Assembly: GCA_028534125.1 (NCBI GenBank)
Contig: CM052818.1
Span: 31,622,001 to 31,686,000 of the forward strand
Origin: Lama glama
Taxonomy: Eukaryota
Direction: 5' to 3'
Length of the DNA stretch: 64,000 bases
Made by a program: the position numbers and the translations under genes. Shown here one piece after another: positions 62,164 through 64,000 of this stretch. A model generated the notes under the pieces. The model was not told the origin of the DNA. It searched no databases and was given only the letters and a program-made list of their open reading frames with translations. Each line of letters starts with the position of its first letter. Position 1 is the stretch's first letter.

Positions 62164-64000
62164 AAGGTTAAAATAATATATTTATTTACACTTTGTAGTT
62201 ATAGTTTACAAAGCATTTTAATATGTACTCTCTAGTTTGATCCTTCCATCACTGATGTGTGAGGCATTGCTATCTTTCTTTAACATGCAACAAACCAGCC
62301 TAAGACTCAGAATTTTCAGGGCATTGAGCAGCACAGCCATAAAAAAGCCCATCTAGGATTAAAACCTATGTCTTATGACCACTCAACCTGGTCTTCTTTC
62401 CACTATACCAGCTGTCAGTTTAGTAAATCACAAATAATAATTTCCATGTCTATTTGGCATGAATTTGTTTTTAAAGCTTTTCTTTCATTTATCTATTCTA
62501 AGGCTATTGAGTACCTGCTATGTGCTAGGCCTCCTTCCTTGACTGGGGACACAGCAGTGCATGAAACAGACAAGACCCTAGCCTCTTGGAGTTTACAATC
62601 TGTGGGCCAGGGCTTGGGGTATGGGAGAGGGAACTAACTGAACAGTATTATGTCAGATGGTGGCTAAATACGATGAAGATGATAGGTCACAGACCCACTG
62701 GGGTGTGGGTGTGGGGTCACTTCAGGAATGGTCTTCTGGGGATCCTTTCGGAGGAGGTGGTATTTGTGCTGCACCTGGAAGGGGAAGCCAATAATGACTG
62801 GGAGGTTAGAGCATTCCAGCAAGAGGGAACCATAAGAGCAAACGCTCTGCAGTGGTGGGAATGAACTTGGACTGCTTGAAGAAGTGAAGGATGGTCTGAA
62901 TGACTGGAGTGGGGGCTCTTGCAGGGCTGGTGGACTGTGGCTAGGAATTTGGCCCATGACTTACTTTCAGCCTCCCACAGAGCAGGGAAGGGAGACAGGC
63001 TCTTCCCTGAGGCTTTTGTGTGAGAGATAGCCAGCATGGTCTGGTGAGCTCCAGGCCTGACCCTGGCACTGACTCCATCCTATTCTTGGGCAAATGGCTC
63101 CCTGCATTCCCAGCCTCAGTTTCCCTACCCATGAAGTGAGAGGTTGTCACTGTCCTTCTACTGAATTTATTTTCCCCCCTTTCCTCACAAGATTATAAAT
63201 TCTGTGAAGACTGGAACAAGGTCTCCTTTTCTATATATAACTCCTTCACAACCCTAACCCATCCATCCACCCATTCTCAAAAACAGTGAGGCCATTTTGG
63301 TTAAATCATGACAGATCAACCAATACAGAAGGTAGGGGTTTAAGAAATACATAGGAGTTAGAATAAGCTGGATTTGTTGACTAATTATAAAAAAACTAGC
63401 AATAAAATTAGCTATAAATACAAAAAGGAGGCATGTGTAGGCCCTGCAGCTGGCTTGCTGCTAGCTCAACCAGTCCTCACCATCTGGGGTCTGGGGGCAG
63501 AGTCCCACGCCAATCCTCTCCCTCACTTAGGGGAGGGTTGCTGGGAAGAAATGTGCTGTCTTGCCTGATACGCTGTTTGAAGTCCGGCTTCCTGGTCTAG
63601 AAGTCTTCTGGAATGAGGTTTACCTGCCTAAACAGCCTGTATTTCATCCCAATGGCTCCATCCTAACTCCACCTTTCCTGAAAAATTAAGTGAAAAGAAG
63701 GGGTAGATGACATTTGCTTAGCTTTACCCTTAGGAATAAAAGAGCGAGTTTTCCAAATGCAAAAGTGATCCTGGGGCTCCTCATCACCCTCAGAAGTAAG
63801 TCCAATCCTTATGAAAACTTTTAAGGTCCTGCATGTCCTGGATCCTACCTTCCCTCCCAGTCTCCCCACATCCTTCTACTTCTGTCTTCCCTCCTTCTCT
63901 GAGTCCTGGGATTGGCCATGCTGACTGATCTTTTTACTCAGGCTGAGAATTCTCTTCACTTTTCCCATTGCCCCTTTCTTTGGCCTGAACTCACTCTTGT

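Noticed and set aside
1..64000. CRISPR arrays, operons or other prokaryote-type systems
   Set aside because: The sequence is mammalian. The short tandem repeats lack spacers, and no such genes are present.

Overview
This is mammalian genomic DNA, most likely camelid: it carries a Vic-1-type tRNA-derived SINE and young L1 3' ends of the camelid/cetartiodactyl type, both assigned from memory. The only intact protein-coding gene is YPEL5 on the minus strand. It has a CpG-island promoter and non-coding exon 1 near 54.1-54.3 kb, coding exons 42858-42998 and 41164-41388 (121 aa), and a ~1.7 kb 3' UTR ending near AATAAA at 39501-39506. A processed NDUFA3 pseudogene lies at ~21.0-21.4 kb. The rest is intergenic or intronic sequence rich in L1, L2, MIR, LTR/MaLR and MER DNA-transposon relics, and nearly all other ORFs in the track are chance or repeat-derived. 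I found no convincing new biological system. The best leads are two AG|GT dual/recursive-type splice motifs (one in YPEL5 intron 1, one orphan at 26067), two strong co-oriented CTCF motifs, a promoter-motif-carrying NDUFA3 retrocopy, a perfect 20-bp foldback inside an L1, and several candidate enhancers. All repeat subfamily names are recognised by eye and need RepeatMasker/Dfam confirmation.
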